Below are positions 1 through 7,781 of a stretch of DNA of 52,228 nucleotides, piece by piece; position 1 is the stretch's first letter, and each line of letters begins with the position of its first letter. Below the pieces are notes generated by a model. The model had not been told where the DNA came from and ran no database searches. It saw nothing but the letters and a program-made list of their open reading frames with translations. The stretch covers positions 1 to 52,228 of IMG/VR virus record IMGVR_UViG_3300020472_000038, one strand, 5' to 3'. A program made the translations under genes and the position numbers. The stretch comes from a virus. Lineage: Duplodnaviria > Caudoviricetes.

Positions 1-2
1 TT

Positions 3-734
3 ATCCGATTTTTACCGGCACCAGAAGGTGAAGACTTGCCATGGGCAAGAATCTGGAATCATGGTTTTCAGGGGCCAGGTGGCTGGTATATTGAAAACTC
101 TTTGACTACTCTTGGTCAGAAAGATCCAGTAAGTGAACATAATTCCACACTTTGGAATTCTGGTATTGAGGCAAACAAAGAGGTTGCCCGTAAACAGAAA
201 CGTAGATTGAATTACACATCTAATGTGTATATCATCAAAGACCCAGCTCATCCTGAGAATGAAGGTCAAGTCAAACTTTATCGTTTCGGTAAAAAAATCT
301 TTGACAAGATTAATGACCTAATGAATCCAGAGTTTGAAGATGAGAGTCCAGTAAATCCATTTGACCTTTGGACAGGTGCGAACTTCAAGATGAAGATTCG
401 TAAAGTAGAAGGTTATTCCAATTACGATAAGTCTGAGTTTGAAGCTCCTAGTGTACTTCTTGAAGATGAAGCTCGTCTGGAAGAAATCTGGAAGTCGGAA
501 AGCTCTTTAAAAGAGTTGGTGAGTGAAGACAAGTTCAAGTCATTTGATGAACTCAAAACTAAACTGGATCGTGTTCTTGGTTTGGGTAGTGAGTTCTCTC
601 CTACACCTAAGACTGTAGATGTTCCATTTGATGGTGGTAAACCTTATACGGCTCCACCTAAACCAGCTGCTACTGCAACTGATGATAGTGATGAATCTAT
701 GGAGTATTTTCAGAAATTAGCTCAAGAAGCTTAA
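3..734 (+). CDS. gp32: Single-stranded DNA-binding protein, T4 gp32 family (5'-truncated by window edge)
   Basis: Frame open from window start: IRFLPAPEGEDLPW...HGFQGPGGWYIENSLTTLGQKDPV...GKKIFDKI...PFDLWTGANFKMKIRKVEGYSNYDKSEF, acidic C-tail ending YFQKLAQEA; typical gp32 motifs of marine T4-like phages. Confidence 0.97.
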   Translation: MRFLPAPEGEDLPWARIWNHGFQGPGGWYIENSLTTLGQKDPVSEHNSTLWNSGIEANKEVARKQKRRLNYTSNVYIIKDPAHPENEGQVKLYRFGKKIFDKINDLMNPEFEDESPVNPFDLWTGANFKMKIRKVEGYSNYDKSEFEAPSVLLEDEARLEEIWKSESSLKELVSEDKFKSFDELKTKLDRVLGLGSEFSPTPKTVDVPFDGGKPYTAPPKPAATATDDSDESMEYFQKLAQEA

Positions 735-744
735 TCAATTAAAA

Positions 745-773
745 CTAGTGGGAGCTGAATAAGTTCTCACTAG
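745..773. terminator. Hairpin between convergent gp32 and tape-measure genes; probable intrinsic terminator
   Basis: CTAGTGGGAGCT-gaata-AGTTCTCACTAG 12-bp stem (two G-U pairs on +, two A-C mismatches on -); TTTT follows on the minus strand. Confidence 0.55.
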
Positions 774-3616
774 CCATTCTGTAGTGCTCTTACTGTGGAT
801 TCATTAGTTCTTGTGGGTTCGGGCATAGAAACTGCTGTAGTTTGACTACTTTGTACACTATTATCTACATTATTATTGTTGATGATAACTGGTTGTCCAC
901 CACCAGTTCCTGCTAATGCATTTTCTTGTGACTTATTAACAAGGGTCGTTGCTTTCTGATTTGCGAGTTCACCTTGTACAAAAGTTCCCTCTGTCAAACC
1001 GGCCTTCTTCAATTCTAAAGCCTTACCTCTCATCCCTGCTATTTTCTTCGCATTTCTAATTTTGGATCTGTCTACTTTACCCTTAATATTATATTTTGCT
1101 TTTAACTGCGCTTTAGTCATACCTTCAGCATATATTTCATCATCATCGGGTTGTTCTGCTATCCTCTTTGCAGTTTTAGTCAGTTCAGCACCAGAAGCAC
1201 TTTGTAACGCAGCATTAATTGTAGTAGCATCTATTCTTTTGAAGGATTGCATTCCTTCACCTAATGCCTTTATTCCTATAGCAACTTCTTGTAAATGTTT
1301 TGGATCTTTAATCTTTTCAGTGGCCATACTTAGTGCACCAATGAAAGATTCAAATGATGTTTCCTTGCCAGGAGTCCAATTATTTCCAACTATTGAAGCC
1401 ATATCTAAGCCGGAAAAGGTGTCCATTGCTTTTCCTAATGGTGTTAAACCATCTGCAACCTTTTGCATCTCTGCAGGTGAAGCCATTTGACCCAATTTTT
1501 CTGAACTTAAAAGATCAAAGAAAATTTCTAATGTTGATTTACCAAAAGTACTTTCATCAACTATCTTGGCAATATCTACACCAGAAAATCCAGACATTGC
1601 TTTACCAAACGGGCCGAGTCCTTCAGCAAGATTGTTCAAATTATCTGCATTAATTTTAACTTTTGAATCTCCTATCTTGGCTATAACCTTAATAAAGGAT
1701 TCTATATCAGTATCACCACCAAAGAAACCACCTTTCATTTCAAAACCAGCAAATGCAGATATTCCCTCTCCTAGAGGCCCCAAGCCTTCTCCAAGTTGTT
1801 TTAATCTTGCCGCATCAATATCTTTATCTTTTGATAATTCAATTATCGTATCAATAGGACTTTTAACACCAAAGAAAGAACCAAGGCCTTCCATAACCCC
1901 ACCAATTACACCAAGAATACTTCCAACTCCAAAGGCAGCAATTCCCGCACCTATACCTGCAATTCCTTTACCAAGATCAATTAATTTATCTGAATCAAGG
2001 TCTTTTAATTGTTCAAACATTCCTTTACCGATGCCACCAATGAAGCCACCGATACCTTGTCCAAGATTAGTAAGAAGGCCTTTGAGTGCACTACCATCTA
2101 AACCTATCATTTTTCCTATTGCTGCAATTCCTTCAGCTGCAAGTAACCCCAAAGAAAAAGCTGAAATACCGGCACCTATTGCACCCATACCCAAGACCGC
2201 GACCTTCACTCCTGCAGGCCCAGCAAACCCAAGAGCACCCGCAGCTACCAACAATCCTCCAAGTACTGCAACACTTATTCCTGAAAATGCTTCAAAGGTG
2301 TTTGAAAGTAATGTATTAAGAGACTTACCATCCAATCCAATCAAAGCACCAAGTGATGCAAATCCTTCAGCTGCAAGAATACCAAGTGTGAAAGCAGCAA
2401 CACCACCACCTATCGCGCCCATACCTTTCATAATAGCTTTTACTCCACCTTTTACTGCACCAACAGCTACTCCACCTATCAACAATGCCCCAAGAGCTTT
2501 AGAATCCACTCCACCAAATGCACCAAAAACATTAGTCATCAATGTAGCAAGATTTTTTCCATCCAATGCAATTAAATCTCCAAGTTTTGCAAATCCTTCA
2601 GCTGCAAGAATACCAAGAATAAAAGCAGCAACACCACCACCAATTGCACCCATACCTAACATCACTCCTACTTTACTGACTTTGAACTTTTCCAATCCGA
2701 TAGCAGCTCCTATAATTGAAGCCATAACTACCAAATCAGTTCCAGAAAATGCACCAAAGACATTCTTTATAAGTGTATTCAACATCTTACCATCGAAACC
2801 CGCAAGTTCAGCTATTTTACCTGCACCTCCTAGTGCTAATATGAATGCACCAACACCAGCACCAATTGCAGTCATACCTAATACTACTCCTGCTTTGGTG
2901 GTTTTAGTTTTTTCCAATCCTACAGCAGCTGCTATAATTGAAGCCATAACTACTAAATCAGTTCCAGAAAATGCACCAAAGATATTCGTTACAAGTGTAT
3001 TCAACATCTTACCATCAAATCCTGCAAGTTCAGCTATTTTACCTGCACCTCCTAATGCTAATATAAATGCACCAATACCAGCACCTATTGAACCCATACC
3101 CAATATCACTCCTGCTTTTGTGGTTTTGGTTTTTTCCAATCCTATAGCAGCTCCCATTACTGCTGCTAGAACCACCAAATCAGTTCCAGAAAATGCACCA
3201 ATGGTATTTTCTACAAGAGCCTTTAAGGATTTACCATCAAAACCCGCAAGTTCAGCTATTTTACCTGCACCTCCTAATGCTAACATAAATGCACCAATAC
3301 CTGCAGCGATTGATCCCATTCCTATAATAAAACTCGGGCCAATCTTTGATACCGCCTTACCTATTGAACCAATACCAGCACCAATACCACCGAGAAGTCC
3401 TGCAATTAATCCACCTTGTTTTTTATCTGATTGAACTGCACCACCAACACCCGCCTTGAGAGTAGCAAGGATATCCTGTTGGATTTTCTTACTTTCTTTC
3501 GCGTCTCTTGCAGCTTCTTGTTCACGTTCTATATCTGAAGAATCTTTCTTTACAGGTTTTTTAAGAGTAGTGTCTATTGTTTTTAACGATTCAACTACAT
3601 CTTTTAAGTTTGCCAT
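770..3616 (-). CDS. Tape-measure-like / baseplate hub tail-length determinator (gp29 position), 948 aa
   Basis: Gly/Ala-rich hydrophobic helical repeats, C-terminal PVIINNNNVDNS motif typical of T4-like gp29 equivalents, directly downstream of gp26/gp51-like genes. Confidence 0.75.
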   Translation of the reverse strand: MANLKDVVESLKTIDTTLKKPVKKDSSDIEREQEAARDAKESKKIQQDILATLKAGVGGAVQSDKKQGGLIAGLLGGIGAGIGSIGKAVSKIGPSFIIGMGSIAAGIGAFMLALGGAGKIAELAGFDGKSLKALVENTIGAFSGTDLVVLAAVMGAAIGLEKTKTTKAGVILGMGSIGAGIGAFILALGGAGKIAELAGFDGKMLNTLVTNIFGAFSGTDLVVMASIIAAAVGLEKTKTTKAGVVLGMTAIGAGVGAFILALGGAGKIAELAGFDGKMLNTLIKNVFGAFSGTDLVVMASIIGAAIGLEKFKVSKVGVMLGMGAIGGGVAAFILGILAAEGFAKLGDLIALDGKNLATLMTNVFGAFGGVDSKALGALLIGGVAVGAVKGGVKAIMKGMGAIGGGVAAFTLGILAAEGFASLGALIGLDGKSLNTLLSNTFEAFSGISVAVLGGLLVAAGALGFAGPAGVKVAVLGMGAIGAGISAFSLGLLAAEGIAAIGKMIGLDGSALKGLLTNLGQGIGGFIGGIGKGMFEQLKDLDSDKLIDLGKGIAGIGAGIAAFGVGSILGVIGGVMEGLGSFFGVKSPIDTIIELSKDKDIDAARLKQLGEGLGPLGEGISAFAGFEMKGGFFGGDTDIESFIKVIAKIGDSKVKINADNLNNLAEGLGPFGKAMSGFSGVDIAKIVDESTFGKSTLEIFFDLLSSEKLGQMASPAEMQKVADGLTPLGKAMDTFSGLDMASIVGNNWTPGKETSFESFIGALSMATEKIKDPKHLQEVAIGIKALGEGMQSFKRIDATTINAALQSASGAELTKTAKRIAEQPDDDEIYAEGMTKAQLKAKYNIKGKVDRSKIRNAKKIAGMRGKALELKKAGLTEGTFVQGELANQKATTLVNKSQENALAGTGGGQPVIINNNNVDNSVQSSQTTAVSMPEPTRTNESTVRALQNG
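2100..3330 (-). repeat. Tandem 74-78 aa (222-234 nt) repeats in tape-measure gene
   Basis: aaatcagttccagaaaatgcacc at 2733, 2955, 3177 (222-nt period); ccttcagctgcaag at ~2130, 2364, 2595; protein unit GMGxIGAGxxAF...GxDGKxL...FGAFSGTDLVV. Confidence 0.9.
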
Positions 3617-3636
3617 TTATCTCTCTGTTATTTGTT

Positions 3637-3840
3637 TTAACTACTAGCTTTACGATTTTGTTCTTCAATCTTAGCATTTTCTTCAAATACCCATTGTGAT
3701 AATAATTCTGAATATAGTGTTCTTTCGTAGGGCAACATATCCTCGATTTCCGTCAAACTCCAATTATGATGTTGGCACATAGCAAAATTTTGTAAATAAT
3801 ATGCTTCAAGTGAGTTATGACTTAGGCAGATGCGAAAAAA
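3637..3840 (-). CDS. gp51-like baseplate hub assembly protein; first ATG only at 3780 (47 aa), frame open from the slippery site at 3840
   Basis: Manual translation FFRICLSHNSLEAYYLQNFAMCQHHNWSLTEIEDMLPYERTLYSELLSQWVFEENAKIEEQNRKASS*; resembles the small cyanophage gene after gp26 (NFALMQHHKYSLTELENM.PWER pattern); missed by the ORF track. Confidence 0.8.
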   Translation of the reverse strand, partial: FFRICLSHNSLEAYYLQNFAMCQHHNWSLTEIEDMLPYERTLYSELLSQWVFEENAKIEEQNRKASS

Positions 3841-4529
3841 GATGCAAGGCCCTCTAAAGTTTCCGTTTCAGTCTTTCCACACTTTGGACAAGTATACTCA
3901 ATATCCTGTTTCAGTTTTGGTAAAGATTCATAATAATCTTGAAGCTTTTTAAATTGACTAGAATTTAATGAATTTACAAACTCATCTAATTCTTTTTTAG
4001 TATGGTCTTGAGCAGAAAATACGTCTTCACCTTGAATAATTTCAAGTAAACTATTTCTAATTATTTCCATAACTAAGTCTATTTGATTTTTATTTTCAGT
4101 TCCAATAACATCATCTATACCTGGCGGACTCAAACGAACCATAATATCATCTGTTATTTCTACTAAATCAGAAGAATTTTTATTTTGAACCACCTCTACT
4201 TTAGAAAGGTCTATATCAACTTTAATGATTTCACCACATTCGTGCTCAAAAGAAATTGTACTTATATCTCCAACTGCTTTTCCTCTAATGTTAAGAAAAA
4301 GATATTCAAGGTCAATCATTGCAATGCTATTAACATTAAAATTTTCAGTTAATACACATTGAGTTATTATTTGTTTTATGGCTTTCGCCATATCTTTTTC
4401 TTCTCCACCCTCTAAAGCTGTTAGAAGAATTTTTTCTTCCTTGACTAAAAATGGTCTGTATTCAATTTTTTTACCAGATGCCGGTAATTCTAAATCATAT
4501 CGTACAGTATTTAATTTTGGCAAAGCCAT
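3822..4529 (-). CDS. gp26: Baseplate hub subunit / assembly chaperone gp26
   Basis: MALPKLN...YRPFLVKEEKILL...DLEYLFLNIRGKAVG...CPKCG...LEGLASFF; GGAG RBS upstream. Confidence 0.92.
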   Translation of the reverse strand: MALPKLNTVRYDLELPASGKKIEYRPFLVKEEKILLTALEGGEEKDMAKAIKQIITQCVLTENFNVNSIAMIDLEYLFLNIRGKAVGDISTISFEHECGEIIKVDIDLSKVEVVQNKNSSDLVEITDDIMVRLSPPGIDDVIGTENKNQIDLVMEIIRNSLLEIIQGEDVFSAQDHTKKELDEFVNSLNSSQFKKLQDYYESLPKLKQDIEYTCPKCGKTETETLEGLASFFASA

Positions 4530-4563
4530 AATGTTCTCCTTTTCAAATCATTATTTTATAATA

Positions 4564-5106
4564 TTAGTTAAGTAACATCCATTTTCTATATTTGAATGTT
4601 ACACTAAGTTTTAGTATTTCTCCTCCCATCGCGTGACCCAGCGCAATTTCACCAACTGCAGAAGGATATGCTTCTCTCAACTCTATCTTATAACTGTCTG
4701 TTGCTGTTTGAAAATCAGTTGCATCATTTGATAATCTAGTTATATTAATTGTTGAAACAAAATTGTTCCAATAGTTAACATTACCAGTTTTAACATTTAT
4801 TATATTTCTTTGCCATCTGTCAAAAAACCTTTTTACAGTAAATTTATCATCTAAAATAAAAGATAATGCAGCTTCTGTAAATGTTTCCCTATAGGGTATT
4901 TCTCTTGGTGGGCCATATATATCCTGTGCATTAGAAGCTATACCTTTAGTTGGAAGTGAAACAGCTTCACATAGATATTGTAAATTCTCGTTTACAGCTG
5001 TTGACAGTCCTTGAGGAAGATCGCTGAAGGTTACTTGATATCTATTCCCTTTAGCAAAATCATCAATTCTACTTCTTAGTGTATCTATTGTAAATACATC
5101 TGCCAT
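4564..5106 (-). CDS. gp54: Baseplate tail-tube initiator (gp54 / tail-tube fold)
   Basis: NRYQV..., CEAVSLP, YGPPREIPY, FFDRWQ, LREAYPSAVGEIAL, LSVTFKYRKW: gp19/gp54 tube-fold motifs. Confidence 0.75.
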   Translation of the reverse strand: MADVFTIDTLRSRIDDFAKGNRYQVTFSDLPQGLSTAVNENLQYLCEAVSLPTKGIASNAQDIYGPPREIPYRETFTEAALSFILDDKFTVKRFFDRWQRNIINVKTGNVNYWNNFVSTINITRLSNDATDFQTATDSYKIELREAYPSAVGEIALGHAMGGEILKLSVTFKYRKWMLLN

Positions 5107-5705
5107 TAATAGTATTCCCTGCTGTCATTCCAGACAACACTTTTCTTCTGTTTTTGAAATCTTTCAACTGGTAGGAATATTGCTATTTCCCACTCGTCTG
5201 CGTTTATCCTTACGGTATTTGAACGTATATTAGTACCAAGATATCTTTTTACACAAGGTACTGCTCTTCCAAATCCCTTCAGTAAATTATACGTTATTTT
5301 CAATCTTGTAGTTGCATCATATTTATTATTAGTTGCATACTCTTTCAATTGATCCATAAGGATTGCTCTATCTCTTGGTGGAATATAATGTAGATTCAAA
5401 CCATAAAATCCACCTTTAGCTTTCTCAAATGGAAACACTAAAGGATACATATCCCAATAAGGTAGTTTTTTAGCAAACTTTGGGTCATATTTGTAGAATA
5501 ACATTTTTCCAAGTGTTGCACTACCTTCTTCTTCTCTTTTAAGAAGTTGTGTTGGAGTTACTGCTCTCATACGAGCACTTGCACTTGCTTGTTTGACCTT
5601 TTCTCTAAACCAATCCCCAGCTGCCCTAGCTTTTGCAGTTGCTTTTGAGGTTTTAATTGATGATTTGAGTGTATCTAAAAAACCTTCTTGTGATAATTGT
5701 GCCAT
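5106..5705 (-). CDS. gp2: DNA end protector protein
   Basis: YDPKFAKKLPYWDMYPLVFP, GFYGLNLHYIPP, CVKRYL, AIFLPVERF. Confidence 0.95.
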   Translation of the reverse strand: MAQLSQEGFLDTLKSSIKTSKATAKARAAGDWFREKVKQASASARMRAVTPTQLLKREEEGSATLGKMLFYKYDPKFAKKLPYWDMYPLVFPFEKAKGGFYGLNLHYIPPRDRAILMDQLKEYATNNKYDATTRLKITYNLLKGFGRAVPCVKRYLGTNIRSNTVRINADEWEIAIFLPVERFQKQKKSVVWNDSREYY

Positions 5706-5709
5706 AATA

Positions 5710-6132
5710 CTAATATTTAGTTAAATCTTGTTCAGTTAATATTTGCCATTTCCAATTTCTGGTTTCACAGTAAGCCATAGCTGCTTTCCACTTTGCTTCA
5801 TTAATTCCCCAAATTTTGACCTCTTTGATAAATCTTCTTCTATTTGGTTTTGGTTTGGGTGGTTTAGTTTGAACCTTTGATTTGATTTCTATAAGAGTTT
5901 CACCTTGTGCAGTCTTTACCCAAAAGTCGGGAAAATAACGATGGACTTTACCATCTATAGGAGAACGATAGGGGATAACAATCTCTTCACTTGACCACTT
6001 TAAAATAGAATCATTACCATCAAGATACCTCATGAATCTCAATTCCAATCCAGAGCGATGAACTATTTTACGGTAATCTCCTTTGTATTTGGATATGTTT
6101 TTTGGTTTATATAATCCTTTCTTGATCCTCAT
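5710..6132 (-). CDS. gp4: Head completion protein (PD-(D/E)xK nuclease fold)
   Basis: YKPKNISKYKGD...RSGLE..WSSEEIVIPYRSPIDGKVHRYFPDF...IEIK...NEAKWKAA...ILTE; ATG at 6132 preferred over 6165. Confidence 0.95.
   Translation of the reverse strand: MRIKKGLYKPKNISKYKGDYRKIVHRSGLELRFMRYLDGNDSILKWSSEEIVIPYRSPIDGKVHRYFPDFWVKTAQGETLIEIKSKVQTKPPKPKPNRRRFIKEVKIWGINEAKWKAAMAYCETRNWKWQILTEQDLTKY
5714..5721 (-). promoter_or_regulatory. T4-type late promoter variant ACTAAATA upstream of gp2
   Basis: tatttagt on + strand, 8 nt before the gp2 ATG. Confidence 0.55.
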
Positions 6133-6139
6133 ATAAATA
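6132..6139 (+). promoter_or_regulatory. T4 late promoter TATAAATA upstream of gp48
   Basis: Exact gp55 consensus in the divergent gp4/gp48 region; TATAAATT on the minus strand at 6177-6184 may drive gp4. Confidence 0.7.
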
Positions 6140-6193
6140 TGTAGTAACGGCATAAAACCGCCCAAATAGAATTTTTAATTTATAGGAATAGTA

Positions 6194-7195
6194 ATGAAAA
6201 TTTACACAGAAATTGTTTGGTCATGGGATGATGATAGAGGAGAACTGGTAAGAGAATCCTCAAAATCTTATGATTATGAGGGCCCGTTAACTCTTTTAAA
6301 TGATAATTCGGTTGAAAGTACTATAGCGGCCCAAGCATATGGTGCGGGAGATAACTTCACATATCCAAAAGATACCAACCCCGGCTTACCTCATTATATA
6401 AGATTCATTGCAAGAAGATCATATACATCTACAAGTACTACAAGAGGAACATCAAATGGAGAAGTTGTTTTATATATGCCCCCCGATGCTTTGAAAACTT
6501 CATATAGTCAAAGTATTGGTGATATAGAAATGGGAGGTTTTATTAGTTTAGCTCGTTCAGATATGGCTGGTGCTGGTGCTGCAATGGCAAAAGGTAATAT
6601 TAGGGGAGCTATGGCTGCAGCTGGTGTATTAAAGGGAGATGTCGCAGGTTCTGATAAAATAGACATACTCAAAGATTTTGGTAAAGCAGCTGTTACAGAG
6701 TTCGGGAAAAAGGCTGCTGGTACTTCAGCAGGTCAAGCAGTATCAAAGGCCACTGGACAAATTTTAAATCCACATAAAGCAGTGGTGTATCAAGGGCCTG
6801 GTGGATTTCGTACTTTCACTTTCACTTTTCAATTGATACCAAAATCTAAAGACGAATCTAAAGAAATTTTTAATATAGTAAGATTTTTCAAAAAGAGAAT
6901 GCATCCTGGCACTGGTGGAGGAGCTGGAATTAACAATCTATCATCTGTTACTTTAACATATCCAGATGAATTTGAAATAAAATATTATGTTAATAACAGA
7001 GAAGTCGATGGTAGTGATTTTACTAAACCACTATTTAAAATTAAAAACTGTTTTATGGAATCTTTTTCCGCAGATTATTCAACATCTTCACTTGTTTCTT
7101 TTATGGATGATGGAAATCCATTAACTACTACAATATCAATGTCATTTAAAGAAACACAACTTCTCACCAAAAAAGATATAGACGAAGGGTATTAA
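6194..7195 (+). CDS. gp48: Baseplate tail tube cap
   Basis: VVLYMPP, ILNPH..VYQGPGGFRTFTFTFQLIPKSKDE, YPDEFEIKY, MSFKETQLLTK. Confidence 0.92.
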   Translation: MKIYTEIVWSWDDDRGELVRESSKSYDYEGPLTLLNDNSVESTIAAQAYGAGDNFTYPKDTNPGLPHYIRFIARRSYTSTSTTRGTSNGEVVLYMPPDALKTSYSQSIGDIEMGGFISLARSDMAGAGAAMAKGNIRGAMAAAGVLKGDVAGSDKIDILKDFGKAAVTEFGKKAAGTSAGQAVSKATGQILNPHKAVVYQGPGGFRTFTFTFQLIPKSKDESKEIFNIVRFFKKRMHPGTGGGAGINNLSSVTLTYPDEFEIKYYVNNREVDGSDFTKPLFKIKNCFMESFSADYSTSSLVSFMDDGNPLTTTISMSFKETQLLTKKDIDEGY

Positions 7196-7196
7196 T

Positions 7197-7781
7197 ATGT
7201 CATCAGAATTTTTTGCAAATTATCCAAGAATAGCTTATGATATATCTGGTGATAATTCTACAGCTCCGAATTATACTGTTGCTGTCAATTTAATGATTAG
7301 AAACAAACTAAAAGAAGCAGTTGAAGATGATATAACAGTATATTATCCTTATGTTGTTCCAGAAGGTATGCGACCAGATGTTCTTTCTTATCAATATTAT
7401 GGAGATACAATTTATACTTGGACAATATTTCTTGCTAACAACATAGTAGATCCTTATTGGGAATGGCCCCTCAGTTACAAAGATTTTAGAGAATATGTGT
7501 CAGACAAATATGGTTCAATAGAAACAGCTAAATCTCAAATTCATCATTATGAATATATTGCAAGAGCTAGAGCTGAGAAAACAGGGACTAGTGATCCAGT
7601 TCCAGAGTATAAATTAGAAATTGATTATCAAACTTATACAGAGACAGATGTTGATGAAAGAGAAATAATCTATGCATACAATTATGAAAAAGATTTAAAC
7701 GAAACAAAAAGAGAAATTCAATTAATTGATGCCGTATACATACAATCTGTCCAAGATGAAGTTAGAGGATTATTTAGATAA
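7197..7781 (+). CDS. gp53: Baseplate wedge subunit (LysM-like)
   Basis: FFANYPRIAY, RPDVLSYQYYGD, WTIFLANNIVDPYWEWPL, IHHYE, NETKREIQLI. Confidence 0.95.
   Translation: MSSEFFANYPRIAYDISGDNSTAPNYTVAVNLMIRNKLKEAVEDDITVYYPYVVPEGMRPDVLSYQYYGDTIYTWTIFLANNIVDPYWEWPLSYKDFREYVSDKYGSIETAKSQIHHYEYIARARAEKTGTSDPVPEYKLEIDYQTYTETDVDEREIIYAYNYEKDLNETKREIQLIDAVYIQSVQDEVRGLFR

Noticed and set aside
1566-3434. 622-aa ORF on + strand
   Set aside because: Antisense shadow of the repetitive Gly/Ala-rich tape-measure gene; no RBS and composition mirrors the real gene.
6133-6165. N-terminal extension of gp4 in the ORF track
   Set aside because: Homology-like sequence starts at ATG 6132 and the extension overlaps the divergent promoter region.
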